Assembly: GCA_051294375.1 (NCBI GenBank)
Contig: CM119265.1
Span: 4,936,114-4,999,950, forward strand
Direction of reading: 5' to 3'
From: Paraspadella gotoi
Taxonomy: Eukaryota > Animalia > Chaetognatha
Length of the DNA stretch: 63,837 nt
The notes below the pieces were generated by a model, which was given only the letters and a program-made list of their open reading frames with translations, ran no database searches and was not told where the DNA came from. This document shows, one piece after another, positions 42,401-56,199 of this stretch (position 1 is its first letter; every line of letters starts with the position of its first letter). The position numbers and the translations under genes were made by a program.

Positions 42401-45400
42401 CACAGTCAATTTGCGATCATATTAGATAGATTGGGGATCACAAACAAAAGCTTTTGGAAATATTTAATTATCGTAGAAATAATATACTATATAAAGTACA
42501 GAAGTAGTATTCCAATTATTGTTATTACTTGGTAGTAAATATTTCTCAAATAAATTCCCTCTACGGTGAAGTAAAACCATGAAATGATCAATAAAGAAAA
42601 GAAGAATGAATGAAAGAGAATGAATGACCTGAAATGAATGAATGAGAAGATGATCGAAAAAATGAATTCAATGAATGAATGAAGTGAATGAATGAAATGG
42701 AAATGAATGAATGAATGAAGTGAATGAATGAAGTTGCAAGACTGTATAGAATCGATGCCAACATTCGTGTTGGACACGAACAACAAATTTAGAGGCCCGA
42801 CGACGACGGACCTGACACGACGGACGCAAGTTAGGGTTGTTCCTCAATCCCGCCAGTCTAAATCAAAAAAACAAAGTAAACCACAGACAGCAGAACAATA
42901 CAACTCAAGCAACACGACATACAGACGACAACACATAACCGAACAACTCTTCAAAAACCGCCGTCGGTTTTTAAAATATTCCAGATTTCAGAGTCCTTCC
43001 ATCTTCTCTCTCGCCGTCCTAAATCATCACTACAAGGATCCCCTACTCTCGATGGAAGACGAACTGACGGTCACGAACTCGACGAGCACGAACCGAGCTC
43101 GTCGTCCGTATGAGCTCAACAATGGGCGTACAGTAATATCGAATTGATGCCAAAAGGGGGATGCCGTGGGAATACGTTTGTCTATGAGTCGTTGCATATC
43201 GATGTCGTGATGCGGCCATGCATGTACGCCCACCAGAGGAATAGTCTGACGAAAGTCTCCGCTCTCATTGAGACTCCCACGAACCTCCGAAGAAGAGACA
43301 CGATGATCTCACAAGGTGACATCACGCGGATCCGCAGGGAAGCGAGAGGCATCCTCAGTCATAATTTGGTATCTGACAGTATTAGCATGGAACAAGTGCA
43401 CCAAACTGTTTGAACGAGCGAGAAGCGAGAGAGTTGCATGGAAGGGGGACGATGAACGGGGATGAGAAAGTGGCAACGTAAGCGAACATCGAGACGACGA
43501 AGAACGCGACGACCAACCGATTGGATGATCTGTACGACAAGTCGTAATCTCGACGTGAAGACCAGGGCAGAGCGCACTCGAGGAACGGAAGCCCACGACG
43601 CAAAACGAAACTGGAGAATGCACATCCCCGCCAAACGAACCCCGCGTCATCAAAATCCCTTTTCGGGAGCGAAAAACATTAAAAAAAGAAGAGGGGAAAA
43701 AGATGGCGGGAGAAAAATGGCGAGAAATGGACGAAACGAACGCTGCTTAAGAAAGGCCAATTCAGGAGACGGCTGCTCGCACAAGACGCACTGGCCGAGC
43801 TGCCGCCGCCGCCTCGCGATGGACTGAAAAGTCCACGGCTCACTACCAACGATTGATTATGTATCCGACGGTTCGTGTTTCTACTTTATTGTATGCGCGT
43901 AAGGCATAAATATATAGATCACTGATGATTTTCAGCCTTGACTTGTAAATGTAAATCTGCATCTGTAGTGAGATCACGCATTGTTGGCGCGAAGATACAA
44001 GAACAACGAGAGACGGTTAGTGCGAGAGTTCTATATCGAATTTTGTATAGTCAGCACATGTATCGTGCGACTCTAATCTTCGTCGCTTAGCGTCTCTCAT
44101 CGGATTGCAAGCTTACATCGTGCCAGAACCATGTATTGCATTACGAAATATATAAACATGGGAGAGATCTTTAGGTAGAGAATGTGGAAAATTAATAAAA
44201 AAAGAGAGAAATGGAGGAATAGACAGGAAGAAACCGACTGAAGAAAAAAATAGAGCTGAAAGAATAGAAAAAGACAGAAGAAGAAGGCTGAATGAGCGAG
44301 GAAATACGTATATTGCTGACGAGTAAGACGACTGATGACGCTCGACTTATCCATACCGTCTTTCCGGACTATTGTTACACGATCCAGAGCGCGAGCGATG
44401 TGAATTAGAGAGACGTTAACGGCAAAGATGGGCAGGTATCGTCAATACGGACGACACAACACGCAAATCATCGAACACAGAGACGAAGATAGAACAAGAA
44501 TACATATCATGACGAAAGCGAACCGAGCTTAGTAGCGAGAGGAGAGAGCGAGGCCGAAAAAAAAGACGAAGAGAATCTTGAACAGTAACTGACTATCGTC
44601 CGTATTCACTATTTTTATATGTTTGCCACATTTCGCTTCGGGCCGTGAGCGTTGGTCAATCCCGAGATGTCGTAATGCCGATGCCATTTCGCACATCAGA
44701 CAATCGATTCGCCAATTAGAGTCTGGTTACCTTTGCGTATGTTCAAAGCTCGAATCAGCTCTTGGTCATTATCGTATGGAAATCGTATCTCCATTGTGAA
44801 ATGACAATGATCGTGCCAATCGATTAAGATCGTTAGCGTGATCGTACATTGACGAAGATGAAGACGAACGAAGAGGAGATTAGGCACCCATCGATAGACA
44901 CTGATGAACGCACGAGCACCGCATAACGTAGTATTAGATTTACGACACGACGACGACAAATGAAGCGATGATGTAAGAGCGCACAGGCGAGGAATGACGA
45001 CGACGACTGATCGCACCGCGATTGCTCCAACGGCGCAAGGCACCGAAGATCGATTAACCGCAGCGCGAACACGAAAGACTGTGATTTCACCCGGCACCCG
45101 CATGCAACCGAACGACGACTGTTGCGTCGCCACCACCTAATGCTCATACCGAAGGGGGCGTGACCGGACGGACAGGGCGAGTCGGAGTATAGGATGACAG
45201 GCGATATGAAGTGCAATGAGCGTCAAGCACAATCTAACCGATTATGCGTGATTTCTACATAGACAGGAACGGGAAGAGAGAAGCCGGAGTGCGAAGAAGG
45301 GTGGATCAGGTGAAATGGGAAAGGGACGAAAAAATGACAAAATCTCAGAGGGTGGATGCTAACGGAGGCAAACACCTAGTGAAAGGACGATAGAAAGTGG

Positions 45401-46480
45401 AGTGACAATATGACGGAAAAGACACCGAATCCGTGCGCGGAGAATGACAGCGATAGCGAGTACGCGAGTTGTATCTAAAGCACGCTATACGGCCTCTGGG
45501 TCTACACGTTGATGAAAGAAGGCGACAGTGGGGACAATGGAAGCGTATAGAAGTCGCCAATGTAGGAGAGAGATAAGAGATTAGAAGGAAAGAGAGTGAG
45601 AATCGAGATGGTCGACAGTATGAGAGAGGGAGAGAGGAGACTGAGAGACTAGAATATGGAGTAACAGTTAGAGAGAAGATGGGAGGAAGAGGTCCGAGTT
45701 CCTTTCTTTTTGTGGTTCGCAAGGTGATGTCCGAGTGAGCAAGAGCAAAAATATTGATGGTGCGTGACATGTAATCGGTGCGTGAGATTATAATCGACGA
45801 CCGAGGCATTGACAAAAAAACATGAGCACTTGAAACTATATTTTTATTACATGGCGAGCCCATATCGTGAGATTGATTATGTACCGTGAGGAAAGGAGAT
45901 AGACTTGAGGAGAGCAGAAGAGGGGATATACCCCAGATGTTAGAAGAAAACGAGATAAATATAGAGGCATATAAGTCAGAGACGGACTACATAAATTGAG
46001 AAAAGGAGAAGGTACACACCAAAGTACAAAAACGAAGAGAGCGAAAAACACATAAAAACAAGAAAAGAAAGTCCGTAGGACATGACGAACAACGAACAAC
46101 AACAAGAGAACAAAGAAACAGTTAGAACAACAACAGAGCGAGACAATCCCGATATTCGCGAACGCACTTGGAGAAACACGAGAAGTTCTGTTTTTCGCGA
46201 TAAGAATTGGAGCACACACACGAGAGAGAAAAAAAAGAGGAGAAAAAGAGATGTCAAGATTGCAGTACTCTCTTCTGCTCATTGTCTCTCGAGTCTCACG
46301 AATCTCTCGTCAGCTGCTCAATTTTGGTTCTCTCCCATACACTGAGAACTGATTATGTCGTGCATGGGAAGAACGAATGACAAGATCCAAAAAACTCTAA
46401 GATACGCGAAAGACAGTCAAGTTGAGAAATCTCGAATTAACGTCACTCGATTGAGCGAGGGGACAACCTCGACCGACCCG
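36500..46480 (+). repeat. Clean 36.5-39.4 kb segment re-appearing as a heavily degraded, insertion-rich copy (40500-40710 and ~43655-46480)
   Basis: cgaatttatatga...tttcggttattgggtcga occurs at 36522 and 40519. aaaatggcgagaaatggacgaaacg occurs at ~37556 and ~43714. caggaagaaaccgactgaagaaaaaaa occurs at ~37908 and ~44224. Confidence 0.88.
42604..42730 (+). repeat. Degenerate (GAAT)n microsatellite
   Basis: Repeated gaatgaatgaa. Confidence 0.9.
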
Positions 46481-46684
46481 CGAAAAACCCCCGCGAATTA
46501 GAAGAAAAATCATCAATATCATCACTCTCTCTCACCATCGCTCATCTCGTCTCCTTGACTATCCCAACCACGAACAGACGACAACGACAACGGACTCAGT
46601 ACGATGGCGAGAACTTCGCGCTTTCTTCTGCTGCGTCAACCGAGAATGACAAAGTAGTTGTGGGTGCAAAGTTGGCGTCTCGAA

Positions 46685-46737
<53 letters not shown>

Positions 46738-46814
46738 AAGAGAGAGAGAGCTTCGTCTTTATTAGCCGAGTTATGCTAAAATTCAGCACTCTGTATAAAA
46801 ATTAATGCTCTCGG

Positions 46815-46893
<79 letters not shown>

Positions 46894-47120
46894 AGAGGAG
46901 AGAAGAGAGACTATTTTTTTTTGCATAATTTAGAGAAATGAATCGGAATTTTCGTTCGGAATTTCAATGACGCAGACCCTTCGAAAGAAACAACACAAAA
47001 AATTGGTTCCAAAAGTATAACAAAAGAAAAAGTATATATATATATAAAAAAAAGAAAGAATCGGCGCAACAAGGCATTCTTTTCCCCCTTTATCTTCGAA
47101 ACAAAGAAAAAGCGAAAACA

Positions 47121-47154
<34 letters not shown>

Positions 47155-47717
47155 TAAACCAACCGATAAGGGGGGGAGGCGCCAATTCTTTTTGTCTCCT
47201 CTTCCTTCGTTCTCCCAACGCCGCGCCCAGTAATCATCATCATTAACTCCGACTTCATTCAAAAAAACCACAGATCACCATCGAAACCCCCCCCACTCCA
47301 CCCACCCTTCCAACGGGCGGCCTTGATTTCGCGTTCATTTTGCTTTTTTCAATCTGTGCTGCGCGAGGTTTTTCTTGTTCTTTTGCTATTCCTTTTTTTT
47401 TAACCTTATTATCCACATATGGGTTGTTTTTCCTTTGTTTTTTTTTTAGATTGAAATCTGGTAGTGTCCATTAATAACTTTTTTCATATTTGTATTCTTT
47501 TACTTCATGCCATTCTTACTGTCTTTCCTCTCTTCTTCCTCCCCTTTCCTCCCTTTTCCTTATCAATCTCCTCCNNNNNNNNNNNNNNNNNNNNNNNNNC
47601 CCCCCCCAAACACCCGATCCCGATAAACGTGCTTCTTTTTCTCGATGAAGCCCTTTACTGAACTGAAGGCTTCCCCGACGGAATGACTCGCGTTACTTAA
47701 TTAGATTTCTGATGACA

Positions 47718-47779
<62 letters not shown>
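47718..47779 (+). repeat. (TCG)n microsatellite
   Basis: Perfect trinucleotide run; a complementary (ACG)n run lies at ~47121-47153. Confidence 0.98.
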
Positions 47780-48766
47780 CTTCGTTTCACCTTCTGACGA
47801 CGATTCTCGAAGCAATCAAATCGCCGAGGCGAATCGACCCGCCCGCTTCCCCGCGCACCTCTGCGAGATATGGAGCGAGTGAGAGGTGATTGAAGGATCT
47901 CACAGGTTAATTATCAATCTCTGTATCGATATTGGTCGAATCTGCAGTCGGATCTATATTAGTCTTTTTTATTTCGAGAATATTCTCCTTTTGTTTTATT
48001 AAAGATAGTAAAATGCACGTTGGTATGTATCTGAGCAACTTCTTCTACCCCCGCTACTTTTTATATATCAAGAGCTATAAGCTTGTCACTCGCGAAATTG
48101 AATTTCCCCCCCCCTCCTTCGAGTTTAAATTTCGCGCGTCGTTTGGTTCTCAATTTCGTGAGAAAAGTGAGAAAGATCACGCTTGTCATTCTCCTCGGTT
48201 CAACATCTTCCCTCCTAAACTCGTGGCCAAAAATCTTCTCCTTACATTGTCCCGGCTTTTTCGAAACGAGGCTTCTCTTTACCGAAGGCCATCAGCCTTC
48301 TCTCTTCTTTCTCCACTCTCTCTTCCCTATCTTCTCTTCCTTTTCTCCTCTACGTAACTCTTTCCCCCCCCCTCTACTCTTAATCCCCGTCGACTCACTT
48401 TAGTCTCCATTTTTCACCCGATTCTTTTTTCCATTTCCTCTCACTAGGCGTCGCTTTCCTTCTCACCCTCTTTCTGAAATCTCCTCTTATCCGAATCAGA
48501 CGCCGCTCTAGACTTGACCTTACCTGTGGCGCCACTTTTAGCAACCTTACCCTCGTTCATTCCCCTAACAACCCCCTACTTCCTCTATCTCACACCAACC
48601 CCCTTTCCATCCGGGAGTTAAACAGTCCGAGTATTTGGCCGCACTTTTTTTTCTCTTGGGCGTCAGGTTAACCGGTCACAATCCGCGCGCTATTTTGGTT
48701 CCACGCTACGCCCGTCTAATCGACCAAAGAAAGATCGCGGCATTCGACCTCTCTCGCTCTCTCTTC

Positions 48767-48801
<35 letters not shown>

Positions 48802-50226
48802 TCTCTCTCTCGTTCGTCTCTCTCTCTCTCTCGGTCTCTCTCTCTCTCTCGTCTCGGTCAGTCTCGTCTCTAGCGCAGCTCACTTCTCGGGTCCGACACA
48901 ATCGTCGCTCAGCGCTTCGCCTTCAAATGTCGCGACGCGCCACCCAAAAGCTTAGTGACGCCGCCGAAAACCGAGGGCGTCGGACCTTTGACGCCGTAAC
49001 TCAGTCGGCGCGCGTGGAAATCGGACCCGGCGACGAATCGACGGAGCGGAAAAGGTTGGAACTGGAACCGAACGGCGGACGTTGACCGCCGGGACGACGC
49101 TGGCCGACAGGAAACCGTCTCCCGACGCCGAAGCGGGTGACCTTCGTTTTATTGTCTCCGGATTCCGGAATCGAGAGAGAAAATGTCGCGTGAGTCTCGG
49201 AATCGCGTCGGACGTCGATCGTTCCTCGTAGCGACACTGCCCGAGTGCCCGACGTCATTGCCCGCTGTCGCATTGCCCGTCCCGCCTCGTTTCAATTTTC
49301 CTTTGTCGTTGCATATTCAATTTTAACAAATCAACAAAACTTGTCAGAGAAAGAGTTGGCATTGATTGCATGCTATGATTTAACATCGACAAAATTTGAA
49401 GCACAGTCGTCTTTAATAATGAGTAAGTTTACAAATTGATTCGCATGAATAATAATAACAATTATTAGCGATGAATTAACGATTGAAAGTTAAAGAATGA
49501 TTGAGAGGACTTTATTATTATTTCAAAAAAGTTACAAAACGCTCAAGCGCCGACCCTGGATTCCATCTGAAAACCATTACCACATCTCCCCTTTTTTCGC
49601 CTTCTCTCTCGCCCCGTCTTTTTTTTCCCCTGACTGATCGGTCTCGGTGATCGAGAGCGTTTACTCCGCCCGCCAGGGTGACAATCGGCGCTGTAGCAAC
49701 GCGTCGTCGTCGTCGTCGTCGTCTCTCGAGGGAGTGACTCGTCTTCTTTTGTTCCGGGTTTTTTTGTCCGAGACGACAATCTCGTTCGAGCGACGGGCGC
49801 CACAACAGAGGGAAGGGTTTTAAAGAATAGACGAGGAGAAGAAGGGAAGGAATGAGTGGAAAGGAAAGGAATGGGAAAAAGGAAAGGAAAGTAAAGAGAG
49901 GAAAGAAAAGAAAAGAAAAAAAAAGTGTGAATAAAGTGGAAAGTGAAGTATTGGAAGAGAACTAATTCTATAGAATTGTACTAATTGTGTATAGTTCGTT
50001 AATTACCAAGCAGTTTATGGAAATCCCAAGACCGGCGCCGTTATTGTCGAGAGACGCCGAGACGCCGCAAACGCGACGCTGGTTTAAAAAAAAATAAAAA
50101 AACTGGAAGAAATAAAAAAGATAAAATGGGAAATTACGTGAGACTCTGGAGAAAGAAGGAGCCATGATTGCTAAAAGCCGTGACGACGATAACGACGCAG
50201 AGTGCCAACTTTCCCTTCGTAGTTCG

Positions 50227-50334
<108 letters not shown>

Positions 50335-51162
50335 GTCTTCGAAACCACCGTCATCAAAGACGCAGATTCATCCACAACAACAACGACGATAACCTTTCGC
50401 TCCCCTTGAGTTTTTGATCTCCTCTCCGACCCGGTGCGGTCGACCTTTCCAAAGAGGGCGTCATCGATCATGGTGACGATAACGACGACGACGATGACGA
50501 CAACGAGCGATGGTTCCATTGGGAAAAACCCCGAGATCCATTTCCTTGGACCAAAGGGTTTTTTTTCCGATGATTATGATAAAAATCGAAGACCTGAAGA
50601 CTGAAGAGCCTCGGGTCTTCTCCGGTGATCGTCGTTATTGTCTTCTGAATCTTTGTCTTTTTAGACTTTGTCCTCTTTGTCAATACTGTTCTCGACATTT
50701 TGGTTTTCCTATTCTTCGTTGTTGACTTCCTTAATTTTAGTCTTAATATTACATGGTTGTCAACGTCTTTGATAATGATGCGGAGATACTCATCATTACC
50801 GTCCTTTTTTTCACGTCATCGTCTTCGTCTTCCTCATCGTCATCGTCGCCGTCCTCCCCTGTGTCCCCGTGCTCTTTTGTTCCGCTCCTCGTGCACCTCG
50901 TGCCATCGTTAACGTTCTCCGCATAATGCGCCATCTGGTCTTCAAGAAACGAGTTGAGATGAGTTGAAAAAAAAAAGAAAAAGGGTTGAAAACTAAACGA
51001 GTTTTAGTAGTATTTGTAAATAAAAGCTAAGAATATAAAAAATAAAAAAGTAGAAATTGAGGAAAAATAATTTAAAAAAGAGAAATGAACGGAGGTGAAA
51101 TGTTTTGATCTATCGCCAAGTTCGAATAATCTTCTCAGTAAAAAACCATTTTTCTTTGCCGA

Positions 51163-51207
<45 letters not shown>

Positions 51208-51258
51208 CTCTCTCTCTCTTTCTTTTATTTTTATTTTCTTCAAACAGATAAATTAAAT

Positions 51259-52745
51259 AGGAGAAAAATAAAACAGAAATTAACTTTGCAAAGGTAAATT
51301 AATTCGTTTTTGGTCTTCGGATATTTTTGACGCTTCTTTTCTTTCTTTTGGTTCTTAAATGTTCATGCAATCCAATCGTTTCGCGATCGAAAGATCATCT
51401 TAAGACATCTCTCCTCTCTCTCTCTAGTTGTCTCTGCTATCCGTCTCTCTCTCTCTCTCATCCGCACCATGATTGTCTCTCAATTACTTTAAATTTCTTT
51501 TTTTATTTTGCAATCCTCCGGTAAGCCGTTGCTCTTTTTTTTCTCTCCCGCCTTTTTTCCCATTCGTCTCCAGCGCGCCGGCCTGTCGTCCAGACCTGCG
51601 AAACACAATTTTCATTTGAGAGGTTTTTCCTCTCCCCAACGATCGCCGCCAGTCTCGCTGCCAAGAGAAAGGACGGATGAAAAATTTCTCAGCCTTCGCT
51701 TACGCATAAGAGAGAAAGCAATCGGTGGAGTAAAGAGAAATAAAGACTTTTTTTTTAAATCTGAAAAGGAGGAGGAAAAGAAAAAGGACTTTGTGATCGA
51801 GAATGTGAGTAACTTTATACGTAACGTTTCGTGAACAGATTTGATTTCCTACTTCTCAGACGTATATGAGAAGTATAATTAAATTGGCATAAATCCTAAG
51901 AAAGTAGATAATAAAAAAAAGGAAACCGGAAGAAATACCAAAAAGAAAGAAAAAGAGAAAGGAAGGAATGGAAAGAAATTGAAAAGGCCGGTCTAGAAAG
52001 GAAATAAGAAAAGNNNNNNNNNNNNNNNNNNNNNNNNNAGGAGAAAAATAAAACAGAAATTACTTTGCAAAGAAATTAATTCGTTTTTGTCTTCGGAATA
52101 TTTGTTGACGCTTCTTTTCTTTCTTTTGGTCTTAATTTCATCATCATCTTCGCGACGAAAGAATCATCTTAGCATCTCTCTCTCTCTCTCTCTGTCTCTC
52201 TATCTCTCTCTCTCTCTCTCTCATCCGCACCATGAATTGTCTTCATTACTTTAATTTCTTTTTTTATTTTCAATCCTCCCGCGTAGCCGTTGCTCTTTTT
52301 TTTCTCCCCGTCCTTTTTTCCATTCGTCTCCGCGCGCCGCCTGTCGTCCAAGACTCGAACCAATTTTTCATTGGAAGGTTTTTCTCTCCCCCCAACGATC
52401 GCCCCAGTCTCGCTGCCAGAGAAGACGGATGGAAAATCTCTCGCCTTCCCTCGCATAAGAGAGAAAGCAATCGGTGGAGTAAAGAGAAATAAGACTTCAT
52501 TTTTTTAAATCTGAGGAGGAGGAAGAAAAGACTTTGTGATCGAGAATGTGAGACTTATACGTAAGTTTCGTGACAGATTTGATTTCTACTTCTCGACGTA
52601 TATGAGAATATAATTAAATGGCTAAATCTAAAAAGGTAATAATAAAAAAAAGGAAACCGGAGAAAAATACCAAAAAAGAAAAGGAAAAGAGAGGAAAGGA
52701 ATGGAAAGAAATTGAAAAGCCGGTCTAGAAGAGAAATAAAAGAAA
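51259..52745 (+). repeat. Tandem duplication of ~0.75 kb (51259-52013 and 52039-52745) across a 25-N gap; 52860-53010 also recurs at ~54360-54530
   Basis: Both copies begin aggagaaaaataaaacagaaatt and share cgcataagagagaaagcaatcggtggagtaaagagaaat. tcgtcaacaatgaatcctgatgagggagcgg occurs at 52871 and ~54377. Confidence 0.92.
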
Positions 52746-54884
52746 AGAAAAAAAGAAATGTAAAGAAAGTAAAGTACAATCGGAAATCTCTTCTCGAAAA
52801 TAAGTACCTTTTCGCCGAGCGACGAGTCTCGCCTCTCCCTTTTCTTCTAATCGCCCTCTGGCCGCCCTTCTCGTCAACAATGAATCCTGATGAGGGAGCG
52901 GAGGTCGTTTTAATGTTTCGTCGCCCCCTAATCCGACCCGAGAGGTCCCCGCCCTCTTTCGACCCCAACCCATTTTCATTTCGTCGCCCCCTGGGGAGCA
53001 GCCGCCATTTTGTTTTCGCCGCTTCCTGCACGATAGCGTTGAAAAGTCCTTTCCGTGAAGCAAGGTTGGGTTCTTTCCTTTGAGGCCAGATTCAAACGGT
53101 ATCGCGAAATGGCAATCCTTTCCCCCAATGTCTTGCAGTCTCCGCCTTTTCCGTAATCCGTTAGGCCTTCCTAGAATGTGACAAGTCGGCATACGTGTGT
53201 TTTACTAATTACGTGCGAAATACATATGACGGGACCTATGCTGCGTAAAAGTGAGGAGAAAATATGCACACAAAAGTATTAGGCGCCAAAAGTCATACAT
53301 AAATATTTCAAAAAAAGGACATCAAAAGAGTCAGGGCGAAAGGTATATAAGGACTATCGCGATCAGAACTTAATTCAATCAACACCATTTTAAATTCAAA
53401 AGTTCCAAATTCATTGCATAAAAATAAACCAGTTTAAATAGGGATAAAAAAGGCGTAACTCTTTTAATTTTAAACTTTCAAATAAATCAATTAGTATTTC
53501 ATGAAATAATCATTCGTTATCGGTTTCTTTTAATCTGTTCCAAATTCTTAAAATTTAATTCTTAGATCTTCCGTAATTTTAGAGAGAATGTTTTCTTCTT
53601 GCAAAGAGTGAATCATTAGAAAAATCAATACAAATCCAAGAAACCAATCAAATGTTAAAAATTGAATTCAATTTCTAAATAAATTAAAATCAATCATTTA
53701 ATCAGATGAATCAATCATTCAAATCAAAATAAATCAATCAATTCTACTCAATTCGCGGACATCAAAAACTTGGACTCACCGTGGCTTAACCGTCCCGGTT
53801 GTTTTTTGTAGGAAAGGCGTGACCCATCTGCAATTCAAAGATGACGTTAATATCATATAACTGAATCACCTGAAGAAGACGATGCTGTTTTTCCGAATGG
53901 AAATTGCCATTTTCCTACTGTTAGAGAAGTTTCCCGTCTCTCTACGCCGCTCCAAGTAATTATGCGAGTTTGGTCCAGGGAAGGCTCGGCCTAAATAACC
54001 GCACGGGCGACAAGGTTCATCCACTTGAAACTCTATATCCTGAGTATAATCTCGAAGACAATGTAAGAGAAATCATAGAGTAAATCGAAGTGGTAATTCT
54101 AAAGAAATGTTTCTATCAAATAATACCGTCCATAAAATCCAAGTATAATTCGTTAAAGCCAGTTGTAAAATGCCGTAGGGAAAATGGTTAAATACCGAGG
54201 GAAATTTAGTCCAGCAAGCGGAATCTTCAAACTGAATTGCGTGATCCAAAGTCTGACTGAGGTTGACGCGGGAAGAAGAAGGAGAGAGCTAGAGAAAGAT
54301 ATCTCATCCTCTCTCGTCCAACAACTATCTGTCGGCCACTGGTTTTACGAATATTCACGCCCTCTGCGCCCTTCCTCGTCAACAATGAATCCTGATGAGG
54401 GAGCGGCAGGTCGTTTTAATGTTTCGTCGCCCCGCTAATCCGCCCCCGAGAGTCCCCGCCCTCTTTCCGAAACCCCAACGCCATCTTTCATATTCGTCGC
54501 CCCCTGGGGAGCAAGCCGCCATTTCGTTTATTCCCGCCCGATTCGGAACCCGTTGGTTAATTCCGATCTATGCCGCCCCAACGCACAGCCCCATTTAGGG
54601 CCTTTTTGATTGCTTATATAACTCTTTTTTCTCCTCTCTCCTCTCTCCTCATCTCTCGTCTTCGTCTGTTCTCTCTCTCTCCTCTTCTCTCTCTCTCTCT
54701 CCTTTTCCTTTTCTTCCTCTCACCCCTTCATACTTCCGGTCGTGGGAATCTTCGCGTCATGAAAATTCATCAGCCCTCGGAGNNNNNNNNNNNNNNNNNN
54801 NNNNNNNAAAAAAAAAGAAGCAGAGAGTTCGAAATTTAATTTCTCTCTCGTTTCTGAGGAGATGAGGAGAAGAAAAGTCAAGGA

Positions 54885-54917
<33 letters not shown>

Positions 54918-55176
54918 CGTATAACTCTCATCAGTAATTTTTATTTAAAATTTTTTAAAAGTCGTTAAGTATTTTTCCCTTTTTTTTTCTCGTGAATTTA
55001 ATTTAAATTTCGAAGGTCCTCGTGTCCCTCGGAATTAATTTTCTTTTTTTTTTTTTAGACTGCAGCAATGATAGTTTCGAGACTCGATTCAAATTTCGTC
55101 GGCCACAGGGACCCATAAATATATATTTCGCAAATTTAGCAATTAAACTACGACTTTATTTTTTTTTCTCCCGCAG

Positions 55177-55266
55177 GGTCAAGAGTTTGCGGAACAATAC
55201 CGGTTGGAATACCAGCGAGTACAAAACGGAACGTGGGTAAAATTCACGAATCGTCGCGGCCATGAG
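55177..55266 (+). CDS. DDR: DDR internal exon A, DS domain: GQEFAEQYRLEYQRVQNGTWVKFTNRRGHE
   Basis: Acceptor ttttttctcccgcag|G and donor GAG|gtgagt; 90 nt, phase 0-0. Resembles the DDR2 segment '[29 protein letters not shown]' (recalled from memory). Confidence 0.92.
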
Positions 55267-55385
55267 GTGAGTGAAACAGTCATAGATTTTAAATTATCAA
55301 AAAAATATTTAAATAAGTCATTAAATCAAAAAAAATCAGTCAATGATGATTTCCTCGCCCCCTCCCCCTCTTACCGAATTCTCAG

Positions 55386-55533
55386 ATCTTTCAAGGCAAC
55401 ACTAACACATATATCGCCGAGCTGCGGGAGGTTGACCCTCCCATCATCGCCCGGAAAGTTCGGTTCGTGCCCTACAGCTCGCACCCCAGGACGGTCTGCA
55501 TGCGGGTCGAAATGTACGGCTGTCCTTGGAAAG
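55386..55533 (+). CDS. DDR: DDR exon B, end of DS domain: IFQGNTNTYIAELREVDPPIIARKVRFVPYSSHPRTVCMRVEMYGCPWK
   Basis: Acceptor ttctcag|ATC and donor AAAG|gtaag; phase 0-1. Has the F5/8C hallmarks 'GN.N', 'PPI.AR.VRF.P' and 'CMRVE.YGC'. Confidence 0.96.
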
Positions 55534-55715
55534 GTAAGGCGAGATGGAGGATATTTAATAAATATTTAATATGATTTCTAACGTTTTTTATCAACGATTT
55601 CAACTCCCTTGTCCTCCTTTGTCACTCTTTCGACCCCTATTTTACCCTCTTTTATCCCCTTTCTACCCTATCCACACCCTTTCTTTTCACTCCCCTTTCT
55701 TCCACTCCCTTCCAG

Positions 55716-55897
55716 ACGGTCTCGTTTCCTACAACATGCGGCAGGGGGACCGCCGCGGATCCGAGGTCGACCTCTACGATTTCACCTACGACGGGGACCA
55801 AGACAACGGGTTCCTGTCGGGCGGGCTGGGCCAGCTCACCGACGGCGAGTACGGCCAGGACAACTTCCGGCTGGACCCCCGTGGCCGGGGCATGAAG
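55716..55897 (+). CDS. DDR: DDR exon C, start of DS-like domain: (D)GLVSYNMRQGDRRGSEVDLYDFTYDGDQDNGFLSGGLGQLTDGEYGQDNFRLDPRGRGMK
   Basis: Acceptor cccttccag|AC and donor AAG|gtgggt; phase 1-0. Contains the DDR-diagnostic 'DGLVSYN', 'YDG' and 'GLGQLTDG' motifs. Confidence 0.96.
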
Positions 55898-56199
55898 GTG
55901 GGTAGACGAAGGGACAGGGAAAGTGTTGAGGAACGCGGGTGGTTCAGGGCGTAGGAGAGAAAAAAAAAGATTTGTGTTGATTATACGCTTCTGATTGTCG
56001 TGTATTAACGAACACATAAGTTTAATCTGAATAATTTAATACAAGTTTTACAAATTTTTGCTGACGAATGTTTGAAAAAATTTTATCAAGAAAACATTGG
56101 TTGCTTCGTTTTTGTCGGGAGGGGACGCTAAGTTAAAATAATTATTAAACTTTGATTTAATTCGATTTAATCTACGGCAATTCTCCATTTCGTTTCCAG

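Noticed and set aside
39450-46500. Apparently unique complex sequence with multiple mid-size ORFs
   Set aside because: It contains insertion-riddled copies of 36.5-39.4 kb and looks like an unpolished long read, so its ORFs are not trustworthy.
49010-49090. 'EIGPG...RLELEPNGG' loosely resembling the DDR 'VGP..ARL...GG' segment
   Set aside because: It is followed immediately by a stop rather than AWCP, has the wrong spacing and lacks a suitable acceptor.
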